Shown in pieces: positions 40,303 through 53,922 of a DNA stretch of 64,000 nt. The stretch is from Octopus vulgaris (Eukaryota), in contig OX597831.1 of assembly GCA_951406725.2 (NCBI GenBank), positions 12,462,001-12,526,000 on the forward strand, given 5' to 3'. The notes beneath the pieces are model-generated. The model was not told the DNA's origin and did no database searches. It was given only the letters and a program-made list of their open reading frames with translations. Each line of letters begins with the position of its first letter. Positions within the stretch are counted from its first letter, which is position 1. A program made the position numbers and the translations under genes.

Positions 40303-42575
40303 AGCATGTCAATATTTCTCTTTTGAATATGTTACCTGATTTAATTTCTAACAACAGCAACAAAAAAAGCAAGTATTATTCTTTCACTCGGCTGCAACTA
40401 TGCCGAGGCGCTATTTACAAGAGTGCTTATGGATCATACTGGATCCCATACATAACTTAGTCTGGTACTTAAGGTTACCAGTCACTTTGTTGAATGGTTA
40501 AGATTTTACCTTTTGGTGCAAAGGGACATATCATGACATTGTTATACATCAAGCACTGAAAACACACAAGCACAGTGGACTGCAGCATAGTTTTCATTTA
40601 TTTATCAATGTCACTCATTAGGCTACAGAAGACACAAGCCTAAACTGCTGCACCATGGTCTGAGGCCATGCTGTAGCAGTTTAGAATTTGAAAATGTGCA
40701 TGCCAAGAAAGAAAACTTAATTAATACATGAATATACATTACTGATAAGTATTATGACACAAGGTTTGAATAAATTCTCAGACAGTGTGAAATACTTATG
40801 TGGATATTGGTTTTGAGATTATAAAATTTTCACTGCCTTGTCTTGAAGGATGAAGTATTGTCGTTTTTTTTTATTAGTGTTTACCTCATTCTTCTACATC
40901 AATCAATTTGATTTCCAACTGTCATCAGTTAAGTGTCTTATTCATGACTGCGTATATAGTGCTATATTGGATTTGAACTGTAAACACATCCAAGAATAAG
41001 ACAGCTGGTTTGGATGGAAGATCAAACCAATTGAAGTCTAGATGTAAATATTGAAAGCATTTCCTTCACTAAAGATGGAGCTTACTGTCTGAAAAAGTAT
41101 AATCTTATTAAAAGATAACTAAATAGAAAAACTTATCTCACACATTCAGATATTTTTTATTGGAGTTGTTTTATGCTTCAAAATGAGATGACTAAAGGTG
41201 CAGGCATGGCCATGAGATTATAAAGTTTTCTTCCCAACCACATGCTTTTGAGTTCAACCTCCTCAATTTGGTACCTTGGACAAGTGCCTCATACTATAGA
41301 CCTAGGTTGACCAAAGCCTTTAAAGTGGATTTGGAATACAGATACTGAAAGTATCTATTTGAAGTCTAACATGTAACCTGTCATATATGTATATGCATGT
41401 GTGTGTGTGTACATATATGTGTGTTGCTTTGTTTTGATATCATGCGGCAGTTATACAAGTGGTGCCCTTCTTTTCCAGTCTTTCGTGAAAAACAGCCAGT
41501 CACAGTGAAAAATTACTTGGTTGGAAACAAGTGAGTGTTGGCAACTGGAAAAGCATCTGACTATGAAAAAACCTGCCTTAACAAATTCTGTGTAACCCAG
41601 GCAAACATGGAAGATTGGATGTTGAAGTGAAATGAAACAAAACAAAATTATTTAATTTGATAGGTCTAAATGAGATAAATATAATTCCTTGTTAGCAAGA
41701 AGTGAGGAAATACAAAAATGGATATATATGTAGTACAATATGAATCATTATATTCACAAGAAAAGTGGCTTGTAAAGCCTAATGAGAATTATATTAAGTC
41801 TAACAGATCAGTTTTGAATTCGCTTAATATAACATCACCTAGACAGAGTTAACACGTGGTCACTTGGGCCTAGAAATAGCAGCTTAATTTTCCTGAAACC
41901 ACACTCTACCATCTTAAGTAAATAAAGATACATGATACACATTTAATAGATGAATACCTAAACGGATTATATTTGAAAAAAAAAAGTTTCTGGCTGAAAC
42001 ATCTTTAATCAAAGCTCTGCTTGTTTGACAGCTTACTTGGGGTTAAAGAGCAACATCACCCATAGCTAATATCTTAAAATATTATACTTCTAAGTACCAC
42101 CAACCATTTTTTAGATTAAACACACACATACAAAACAATAAATAAAATATCCTGGGATGTATCTTTACAACAACTGATATGAAGATAGGCCTCCTCTTAT
42201 TATTATCAAATTATTAATCTACAGAAATTTTTCTTTTTCTGTTGTATGACCGCCATTCTGTAGCTTCAGGTAAGAATTAAAATAAACACAGACTGTAATT
42301 TAACATTGTCAATAATCTCAAATTTCTCCAAGATGCCTTTAACCAAAACTTTTCTCTAATATTATTAAAGACTGTTGTATAAAAAGATGATGAAATAATG
42401 TTAGTATTTCAAAAATCGAAAAATAATATTCAGATGGAAAAGAGAGAGGACATAGATATTGAATCAAATCATTTTGCAGTATCACAGGTTTATTTTAAAT
42501 CTAGCATTGTTTCAGTGTCTTTGAATCCTCCTGTTTGTTCTACTTGTAAAATCTCAAGTGTTACCTTCTTACAGT

Positions 42576-42960
42576 GGATGGAAGCACTCCGTCGGTTACG
42601 ATGACAAGGGTTTTGGTTGATCCGATCAACGGAACAGCCTGCTCGTGAAATTAACGTGTAAGTGGCTGAGCACTCCACAGACACATGTACTCTTACCGTA
42701 GTTCTCGGGGATATTCAGCGTGACACAGAGTGTGACAAGGCCGGCCCTTTGAAATACAGGTACAACAGAAACAGGAAGTAAGAGTGAGAGAAAGTTGTGG
42801 TGAAAGAGTACAGCAGGGATCACCACCATCCCCTGCTGGAGCCTCGTGGAGCTTTAGGTGTTTTCGCTCAATAAACACTCACAACACCCGGTCTGGGAAT
42901 CGAAACCGCGATCCTACGACCGCAAGTCCACTGCCCTAACCACTGGGCCATTACGCCTCC
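42576..42960 (-). mobile_element. Full-length tRNA-derived SINE family D, inverted relative to 20850-21229
   Basis: TSD CTTCTTACAGT at 42565-42575 and 42961-42971. Minus strand carries TGGCCCAGTGG and GGTTTCGATTCCC. Confidence 0.92.
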
Positions 42961-42976
42961 CTTCTTACAGTAATTA

Positions 42977-43053
42977 CTACATGGATAAAATACTTTACCA
43001 CATGTGCATATGTTTTCTACATGGATAAACTACTTTACCACATGTGCATATGT
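42977..43053. repeat. 40-bp tandem duplication
   Basis: CTACATGGATAAA(A/C)TACTTTACCACATGTGCATATGT twice. Confidence 0.9.
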
Positions 43054-46000
43054 CTTCACTTAGCTGCTGCTAACCCATAACAATAAACCTGATTTTGGAC
43101 ATCTGTTACAAATGAATAACTATTTAGAAAATAACTATTTTTTCATCTCCTAACCACTTTAAATCAAGCAAGCAGTAGGAGCTGATGAAACTAGTGATGG
43201 TTTACATAGGCGGTTGATAAGTATAAACACTCTAAAACTAGAATATGTTGGTTGGTCACAAAGGAAGTGGAGAGTTCTAATGTTTTGGGTAGTATCTCTC
43301 TTTGAAGAGTTACAACATAAACAGATTGAGAGTAAAGAAAGAGAGAAGAAGAAGAAAAAAAGAGAGAAAGTATGATGACTACTGGGAGTTAAAGACTGCA
43401 GAGCAACATGCATTGGACTGTAACCAGACAAACAAAGGAAATAATCAATGAGAATGCAAGCAATTTTATAAATGAAGACAGGAGAGGTTTAAGACTTTTG
43501 TGACCAAATTTCGTCTGAATTACACACCTTTTGTGTCAATAAATTTTGAAAACAATAAAGAATTGTGTTGTTGTTAAACTGGTTTGGAATATAAATTAAC
43601 TAGAAGGGAGGTTTTAGCTTAGCAGCATTTCTTCCAGTTCTTTTTGTTCTAAGTTCAAATAATGCCAAGTTCAACTTGTCTTTCATCCTTTCAGAGTTAA
43701 GAAAATATAGTACCAGTTAAGTTCTGGGGATGACTAACTCCATCTCCCAAAAAGGACTGACCCAGTGCCAAAATTTGAAACTATTATTATTATTATCATG
43801 TTTCAACTTTTGTCAAACATATTCTGCATTTTGAGGAAGGTATAATTGGGAAGTGTTTATTTTAAAAAAAACAAAAAGAGAAAATTTGCTTAATCAGAAA
43901 AAAGAAGGACAGTACCTATAACCATTTTTGTGGGTTATTAACTAATTGTAAAAGGGAGAAATAAGTCAAGCCTTGTGGGCAATCTTCATTTTGGAGACCA
44001 GGTGTGAATACTTGCAATAAAGTAGGATCAGGTGGCAGTGGTGGATAAGGTAATGGATTAAGTATATCACTCAAGAACAAGCACAGATTACCCAATGAAA
44101 CCCCTCAGTTTTCATCAACAAAAAACCATGGTAGAAGACAAGTTAAAATTGCTATGAAGGGAGATCAAAACTGAAACCATTTGAAGCAAATATTTTAACC
44201 ATGTGGCCCTATCTTTGGTCGAGAAAACTTGCTGAGCACTTTGAAATACCTTTTACCTTTTACTTGTTTCAGTCATTGGACTATGGCCATGCTGGGGCAC
44301 CACACTGAAGTTGAATGAATTGATCCCAGTACTTATTTTCTTTAAAGCCTGGTACTTATTCTATCAACTATTTTAATGAACTGCTAAGTTATAGGGGCTT
44401 AAAGAAGCCAACACTGATTGTCAAATGGTGATGAGGGACAAACACACACAAAAACACACATACATAAACAATGGGTTTCTGTCAGCTTCAATTCACCAAA
44501 TCCATTCATAAGGTTTGGGTTGGTCTGGAGCTAAGGCACAAGATACTTGCCCAAGGTACCATGCACTGGGACTGAACTCAAGAAGTGTATGGGTGAGAAG
44601 TGAATGTCTTACCACACAGCCATGCTTGCCCTTATTTTACTCAGATATTGATACTGAACAAAACAGTTATCCACAGAAAATCAGAAGAACACCAGATTTC
44701 TTCATAGGAAAGATAGCTGACTATAAAGCACAAGTTCTATATAAGATCTTTAGATTTTCAGAAGCATTCAATTTATCTTGTTAATAGAGAAAAAGAATTA
44801 TATTCATTTATAAAAGAAAATCTATTTCTGACAAACACCTAATACTTTCTGAAACAGTCTCATATGAATGCAAATGATATAATAAAAATATAATTCCAAT
44901 AAAATATATAATTCTAACAGAGATCAATAAAAAGAGAAAATCTCAATTAAGAACTAAAGACCAAATTAATGATAATTGTATCTTGAATAGTATTTTGGAA
45001 TAGCGTGTTGAGTGTAAATTATATTAACAGTCCAGGTTTTTCATACTGGATATAATGTTGATTAGCGTAAAGGAATCATATAACAGTCAAACAAGACTGT
45101 GGTTGTATCTTGTTTCAATATAAAAATAATTAAAATTTAATCTTTTAGTACAAAATGCAATTGCATAGAAAACTTTCTTTCCCATGATTTCACTGATATT
45201 TAAGCTAATTTCAAAATTCTAGAGTAAAAATATAATTTAAATTTTTGGTGTAATGAAAGCATTGAAATAAAGCACTGAGTGATTCCAAGCACTGATACAA
45301 AGAAGTCACTGGATTTCACAGGAGTTGTGAAACATTACATGACTATTAGTAATGAAATGAATAATGTCCAATGAAATAAAACAAAAATAAAATATCAACA
45401 AGGTTTTCTATATCAGCAATGCCATTTCAAGAAACAATTAAGGATCATTATCACTGAAAAATTCCCAGAACAATCTACAGAACAAATACTGGAACTGAAA
45501 TATTGTTTACAAATTATATACGATGGTGTTTAACATTTTTTATGTAGCAGTAATTTTGAGGGTTAGATAGACCTACAAAACAGTAGGCCTTAGTTGGGAG
45601 TCAATGAAAAAGAAAACTCCTTTTCAAGTTTGATTAGACTAAAAGATTTAATGGTTTATAGTAAAGGAATAAAATAGATTTTATTTTCTGTCTAATCTAT
45701 AGTTGATAGTTATAAAGCAAGAAAGGAATTCCTATCTTTTAAAACCAATACTGCAAAATAAAACTTTGAATGTACATAATTAGAATTTAAAATGCCAAAA
45801 TATTGATTAGTAAAAGTATTTAAAAAAATGAGAAACAAAATTATATAAAACTAAACAAATATAAATTTTCTTTGGAAGTTTTTGCCTTAAATTAAGACAT
45901 CATCAAAGTTAGTAAACACCATAAAGAGACAGAAACCAGCAACATTCTAGTGAAGCTTTTGTATACTTTTTTTTACCCCGCTCATCTTCATAGAGGTAGT

Positions 46001-46288
46001 TATAAATTTTACTTATAGTTCTTTGATGTAAACTATCTTAACAAGCCTGACATCTGAACAATTTAGGAGAAACCTAATTTAGCTTAGCTCTCTTTAACTA
46101 TCATTATTGATTTTTTTTATATATTATTTACTTAATGAAGTCTAAACCAATTGTTACTTACATTTACTCATTGAACAAGTAATTGAAAACTGACTTATTA
46201 AAAACTCTAAACTTTATAACAGTATATATACACTAATCTGTTATCATAGTAAAGCCAGCATTATGTGTGTATTTATATATATATATAT

Positions 46289-46381
46289 ATATGAATAAAA
46301 AATGGAGTTAACGCAGGTTTAAACAAGTCAAAAGTAAAAATACTTGTTTAAACCTGCGTTAACTCCATTTTTTATTCATAT
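46289..46381. repeat. Perfect 40-bp inverted repeat with 13-nt spacer
   Basis: 46289-46328 is the exact reverse complement of 46342-46381. Lies at one end of a ~240-bp segment bounded by (TA)n. Confidence 0.95.
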
Positions 46382-46527
46382 TATTCAAAATATTCAACGT
46401 AAACACGAAGTTTCAACTTTTATAACAAGGAGTTACAACACCTTTACTTGTGAGATTTTTGCTGCCCTGGTAACTATTTATTTATTTATTTTTCCGTGTT
46501 AATTGTTAACAAGGTAAAAATACACTC

Positions 46528-46596
<69 letters not shown>

Positions 46597-49500
46597 TATA
46601 TACTAAACACTGGAGAGGTGAATTAACAAGATTATATGTTTTGACAAGCAGTTATGTAATCCTGGCAGTAATTTACTGAAACATGTATGTTTTATAAAGT
46701 ATAATACCATTTGTTTTCTGTAATTTATTAATACAACACACACAAAATACATAATTGGTTTTAGGATATGTACACACTCTCAGACTAGACTTAAATTAAG
46801 AACCTTTATCCTAAACCTAAGAGTGATAAAATTCTTATCCTCAGAGGTGTACTGTTGCTTCTACAACAACTCATCTCCAAAATTTAGAAATTTGGTACAT
46901 TTAGGCAAGTTATATATATATATATAATTGAGATTCAATTGAATTCAGTATTTAAGTTGAAGTTAGGTTCCAAGTCAGTCCAGTATTATCTACACAGCTT
47001 GAAGTAAGGTGAATAAAATCAAAATAAACAACACTTCTTGATATCTTGTTGATTATTTTGTTTATATATATATCATTCAGATGTAGGATTCATTAGAACC
47101 CAGGTATTTCAACATGCAAGATGCTGGGAACAGTTGGGTAATGGGCTCAATATATACAAGTAGATACCCAAAAAAATATATACACTTATACATATAAACA
47201 TATATACTGCCTTATACATATATATATATGTGCATACACATATGTACAAATATATGCACACACATGCAAGTACTTGATCCAATGTAAATTATAGAAGCAA
47301 CCCTGGGATGGTTGCAAGTATAGTGGTTGTACAAAAGAAGAAAACAAATGGAATTTTAAATGCCTCGACTGGCCTACGTCTGGTGGCATGTAAAAAGCAC
47401 CAACTGATTGTGGCCGTTGCTAGCCTCGCCTGGCACCTGTGCTGGTGGCACATAAAAAGCACCCATTACACTCACAGAGTGGTTGGTGTTAGGAAGGGTA
47501 TCCAGCTGTAGAAACACTGCCAGATTAGACTGGTGCCTGGTGCAGCCTCCTGGCTCCCAGACCCCAGTCAAACCGTCCAACCCATGCTAGCATGGAAAAT
47601 GGACGTTAAACGATGAGGATGATGATGACAACAGCTGTTTCAGAAGCATTTTCTATATTACGTCATCCCCAAAAATCTGCCATCATCAGGTGATGTTAAA
47701 CACTTGCCTTGCTAAACATTTAGCAAATTGGTCAATTTAAATTCTCTATCTACCTATATGATTATTTGATTTTAAAAAAATCATCTGAGGTTGACATATT
47801 TTTTACATGATGTAATCAAAGTAACTGAAGTATTCATCAATAAAGAAATGTTGCTGAAACAGCTGTTGTGAATTTTTAAACTCCATTTGTGTTCTTTTAT
47901 TTATGTACATATGTACACACACACACATACAAACATATATGTATACAGTCTTCTGATTATAAAACTGGAAGGGAAGAGTCAATGATAGTTTTGATATTAG
48001 ATGTCTACTCAATCAATTTACCCTTTTACTCAACCAAAACTAACTTAGGGTTGAACAGCAACACTAGCACAAGACTGTATACAAGAGGATATTTAACATT
48101 TGATAAGTAATGGTAATTTTGGTGATATACGTCTGCATAAGCAGAGATCTACTTTTTCTCATTTCACTTGCAATGGATTTTCATTCATATGCAACAATAT
48201 CCATTATCAGTATATGTCCATATCAATCTAAAAAAATGACACTTGTAGGAGTTCTCAAAGTCTCACACTGGTTCTTTGCATGCATTATCCTCCAAGAAAA
48301 AGTCCATCAGAATTAACTACTGCCAGCAAACCTACAGCACCTTCTAGCTTCACTGTGAAGAAACCAAATCGATATGACAGCCTCTAAACAGTTGTTCAAA
48401 CTGCAGGAAATAGAAGTTAAATCTCCCACAATTCAGAACCTATTCTTATATAAGATAGAAAGGAAACATTAAATGATGTATTTTCAAAAGATAAGATTTC
48501 TTCTACCATAGTTCTGTTTGATCATGGCTGATTACAATGACTTATCTACAATGAGCTAACAAAGAAGCCTCTGTGTAGTTAGTTGACATACTAAGAATAG
48601 AAACCAAACTCCCCACAATTAGAACCCATTTTTTTAAGCAAAAAGAGAAAAGGACCTGTTAAATTACATAATTCTAGTAGCTCTTTAAAAAATAGGGTCG
48701 TCCTGACTGGAATGTCATTGGCTATAGGTTTTGATCACAGTCGACAAGAAAACAGCAACAACAATGAAAAAATAAAGAAGGCATTTCCCTAAAGTATTAA
48801 ATTCATTGTGTGGGGATGAGGAAAAATACCTTGCTAAGAAACAAGTGAAAGCTGGCAACAGGAAAGGCATCCAGTGATAGAAACTTTGCCTCCAGAAATT
48901 CTATGGAACCAATGCTAGCATAGAAAAGGGGATGTTAAAAAGATTGTGATTCTCTGGCTAATTACATTGTTAGTAACAGATTGTTCATCAACACTTTTGT
49001 TTCTCAATCTATATCAATGATATTCTCTAATTATCTTCAGTTACCACATTTTGGCATTTACAAATATTTCAGTCATGGCTGTGTGGTAAGAAGCTTGCTT
49101 CCCAGCCATGTAGTCCTGGGTTCAGCCCCACTGTGTGACATCTTGAGCAAATATCTTCTATTATAGAGTTGTGCTGACCTAAGCCTTGTGAGTGAATTTG
49201 GTAGATAAAAACTGAAAGAAGCCTGTCGTGTGTGTGTGTGTGTGTTTGTCCCCAAAACACACAGACCCACACACTTGACATCCAGTGTTGGTGTGTTTAC
49301 ATCACTGTAACTTAGCAGTTTGGCAAAAGCCACAGATAGAATAAGTACCAGTCTTAAAACAAAATAAATACTGGGGTTGATACTTTCACTTAAAAAATAT
49401 TTTTCAAAGTAGTGCTCCAGCATGGCCACCATCAAAGAAGAGATATGAAATAAAATATGAAAACAAAGAAATCTATGTATGTCCAATTGAAGTGCTAAAA

Positions 49501-52257
49501 TAAATATACAGAAATATGCAATTAATAGCCACATTAACTTTTTATTTTTGTAGTAACTACTGTTGGTTGTAGGAACATATGAACAAGACCTTGCCCTCCA
49601 ACTCAACTTGGAGGGTAATAATTTTGAAAAAATATGGAACTGACTCAGACTATGACAATCTATTGAATCTAAGCCACGATGGAAAGCAGACAAATGAAGA
49701 TATGATGACAATGATGATGTGGATTATATTTATATATGAGATGGAGAGAAAAAAAGAGAATTTAGGTGAAAAAGAAAAACCTTGTTAGTGAAATATGATA
49801 GAGAGAAACCTCATGTTATAACTTTAGAAAATGTAATTAAACAAATCAATAAAAAAATCAGTAAAATATTATTCTTAAAAATATTAGCAAAGTTTCATCA
49901 GAATTGTGTGAAAATCAGCTTTTAGTAAGCACATGTAAAGCAAAGCAAAATTTGGCTTGCATCTTTTGATGTTAAAAAGGATGAAAGATTTTCCACATCT
50001 GAAGATAAAACTTCTAACATATATTAGTTTGAACAGAAGTAAGTGTTATGTATAAAATCAGTGTTGTAGATTTAGTTTAAAAATATGCAATTTAGTATTT
50101 CGAGTGAAGATTGTATCAATACTATATTGCTACCATAACTGTCATCATCATCATTTAGTATCCATTCTAGACATTGGCATGGACTGAGTAATTTGGCAGA
50201 AAGCAACAAGTTTGAGGTCAGTGCCATACTCCAATATTGTTTTGGTATGGTTTATATGGTGAGAAGCCCTTCCTAATGCCAACCACCTTACAAAGTGTAC
50301 TGAGTGCTTCTTTCATTGCACAATCACTAGTAAGGGTGCCTTTGCCCGGCAACTTGTAAAACTAAGATGTCAAAAGAGGCCCATATAACAGAAGATGAAT
50401 GGAGAGAGAGAGAGAGATGATTTTAGGTAAGGTGATAAGAGAAGGTGAAATATGTTGAGAAGAACAGCTAACTTGGCCCAAATGCTCATAACAGAGTAGA
50501 CTCTGCTAAAGTTGCCCCAGGTGTCAGGTAACAGTGTTAAACTGGGTGGCATGTGAAGTCTACCCTAACCCAATGAGGCCATGGCAAGATTTTATCTCAG
50601 AATGTAAAGAAACAACAAATTTCACAAGACATCTGGTTTAACATATTCAGAGTTAAAGCTAACCCAACAGCCTAGACTGGTACATTTTAAATGACTACTG
50701 GAAGGATGAAAGGAGAAGTTAACCAGAGTGGGATTTGAACTCAGAGTGAAAACAAATAGAACAAATACCACAGGCCATCCTGTCTGACATTATTAATATT
50801 GCACAAATCCACCACCTTTGGTCAGTAATTTTTTTTATCAACTCTAGATGGCTTTGGCAAGATTCGAACCTAATGCATGGAGTATCAGAACAAATACCAT
50901 GAAGTATTCTGTCTGATGTTCTAACAACTCAACCAATTCAATACCTGTATGCTTAAATCCAATGAGCTCCAGCACTGATTCTGTTTACCAAATATCACTC
51001 ACATGGCTTATATATTAAAATATTTATGAAGTCAAGTTTACTAAATTCTTGATCTTGCATAAAATTAATTATCTTTCTCACAAAGGGAATCTCTTGAAAA
51101 TAACTAGTTAATTTTCAAATTTGTCTTCTTTAGGAGAAAAGTCTTGTTTACAAGAAATTTTCTTAAAAAGAAGAAAGAAAAAAAAGAAAGTAACAGTATA
51201 AAAGATGAAGATTCATTTTTAACAAAAATTAGATCTTGTAAACTTTTTAGTCAACAACAAGGAAGAGAAATGATAAAAAAAAGATAAATGAAATTTATAA
51301 TTATTGTGGTAACTATTATGAAAAATGTTGGCACAAGATTTAATTCTTATTCTAAAGAATTTTATATCTTGACAGTTGTATTGCATAACTAATGATATAA
51401 GTTTGAATACATTTTTGCTAAGAGCATTACCTTTGCTAATTTCTTAACTATATTAGTGGCTGTCAAATCAAAATAGTTGAAAATTATGATTTTAAACTAC
51501 TTGAAAACAATGATAATATTAAACATATACTTCAGCCGTCATTTCTTTCCTCTTATTTAAGAATATTTTTATATTTTAATATTATATATGACATTTATTT
51601 ATCCTATTTTAAAATTACTTCGTTTACACTCAGATATTTTTTTTCGTTTTACATGTATTACATTTTTGTTTGGTTTATATTCCTTGCACATATTTTCAGA
51701 TCCTCTGCTTCTGCATTCCTCAGTTTTAAATTTCTAATACAGAATTTTAACAATCTTGACCACTATTTCATTGGTTCCAATGAAATAGGATCAGAAATAA
51801 ATGATCTGTATTGAAACACAATTTAAAGACATGTTTATATGTAGAAGTAGGGTATCTGGAGATAATTGAAGAATGAAACTAACAATATAGAGATAAAATA
51901 TGCAAACAATGTGGCTAAGATTCCATGAATTAAAGATCATTCCTTGTAAACATTGATTTTTTTCTTTTATACTATTTTCAGTTTAGGTGATGTGATAAAA
52001 TTGCCAATGCAAAAATAGATGCTTTTACATTCTTTTACAGGTTTCAACTATTGAACTATGGCCATGCTGGGGCATTGCTATAAGGGATTTTGGCTGAGTG
52101 TCAACTTCAGTACCTTGGTTGGTACTTTATTCATTTCACAAGGGACAAAGACAAAATTAATTAGGGTGTGTGTGTGTGGTAATGATAGACAACCAAACTG
52201 GAATCAAATGCTATAAGGTATCTTTATCCAACATACCAATTATGCAACTATTTGCTG

Positions 52258-52261
<4 letters not shown>

Positions 52262-52322
<61 letters not shown>
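52262..52322. repeat. (CA)n microsatellite (similar tracts at 10562-10613 and 30147-30182)
   Basis: Directly visible. Confidence 0.97.
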
Positions 52323-52325
<3 letters not shown>

Positions 52326-53850
52326 TCAGTGACCTTCAGCATAGTTTCATTCACAAGAATTTGGCTCACCCTGAGGCCAGAAGTAGGAGCAATTATTCTC
52401 ACATCAATAGGATTTGCTCTTTAAACCTTATGTGAGTGATATTTACTTCTCAGCATGCTAACATGCAACAGATAACATTGCTCAAGAATACAACTCAATG
52501 CATTTGGATCACTAAAAATATACTGTCTTCCATAGTTCAACATTAAATAAGGTGTTGTCTTGTTCTACTGGGAGAACATCAGCTGTTTGTGATAAATATG
52601 GACATATTTAATAGTTGTGATACACACAATTGAGAACTGCTGCATCCTACAGAGCAGCGTAAACTAATCAATAAATATTATATCTATTGATCTCCTTCTC
52701 TTAAATAAGTTTATTTATTGATGTTCTGCAAATGTACATTCATTTTTGTTCTTTAATTCTTGTACTGGCTTCAATCATTGGACTACAGTCATGCAGAGGT
52801 GCTAACAAGGATATAGTCAATCAATTCATTCCCCCAGTAACTAGTTAAGTCTGATATGTATTCTATCAGAATCTTTGGTCAAGTGCTAAGTTATAGGGTC
52901 ATAAATAAGGAAACACCAGTCGTCAAGCACTGAGGAATGGTCAAATACAAATACATGAACACACAAACACATATTATACACATACACAACAGGTTTCCAG
53001 ACAGTTGGCATCTACCCACAAGGGACTGGTCAGCTTAAGGATATAATAGTAGACATTTATCCAACGTTCCATGCAGTGGCACTGAACTTAAAACCATATG
53101 GTTGTGGACTTGTAAACCACACAACCATGTCTGCATCCATATATAAATATTAATTTCCTTAACTTAATATTTTAGCATTCTCTAAAACTGTTCGCCTTTT
53201 CCAATATTGTATTGAGTTGTTGAGAAATGCTAAATTTATGCTGCAGTCATTTGTTTTCCAAGAATATTCCTTCATAATTCAGCTTTTGTTGCAAACTTTT
53301 GGCAATTTCAATTTGAGATCCAAGAATTTGTCAGTCGAGTTCAATATTAATTGGCCAACTATCAGATTGTAACATCATTTATGTCTCTTTTCCCCAACAG
53401 CTACAATACTCTATGCTTTTTCTGAGTTTGCTACAAGCAAATAACTTCACCTAAATCTACTTCTTCATTCACTTTGCAGCCATATACTTCCAATGAAGCA
53501 GTTTTCCAATAATTGTTCAGCAAAACTCACTTCCTAACATAATTTCCATCCAACCAGAATCAGCCTTCAAATGTTCAAGTATACATTGACCCTTCTGTTA
53601 CCATATTTCTGTAGAAATAGACTGCCTTGCTTCAAAAAATTTAAGAACATTAATAAGATGATGTTTGTGGAACATAAATTAACACAAATTTTTTCTTGAA
53701 GGTTTTAAGAAAGTTTTTAAAAAAACCACTTTAAAAAATATGTTTCAAAGAACTATGGTGGTCTCACAGCAGGGTTGGCTGTTAACTGCTAACTGATTGA
53801 CCCTGCTGTGCCACCACCAATCCAATGTGAGCATATCTGATGGTTTGGGT

Positions 53851-53922
53851 AGAAGAAGAAGAAGAAGAAGAAGAAGAAGAAGAAGAAGAAGAAGAAGAAG
53901 AAGAAGGGGGAGGAGGAGGAGA
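53851..53922. repeat. (GAA)n then (GGA)n microsatellite
   Basis: Directly visible. Confidence 0.97.

Noticed and set aside
42261-42276. Possible plus-strand 6-nt microexon tag|CTTCAG|gtaaga
   Set aside because: Opposite strand to the only supported gene, and there is no other plus-strand exon evidence.
49073-49711. Longest ORF in the track (212 aa)
   Set aside because: More than half is the antisense of a family B SINE, with no recognisable domain.
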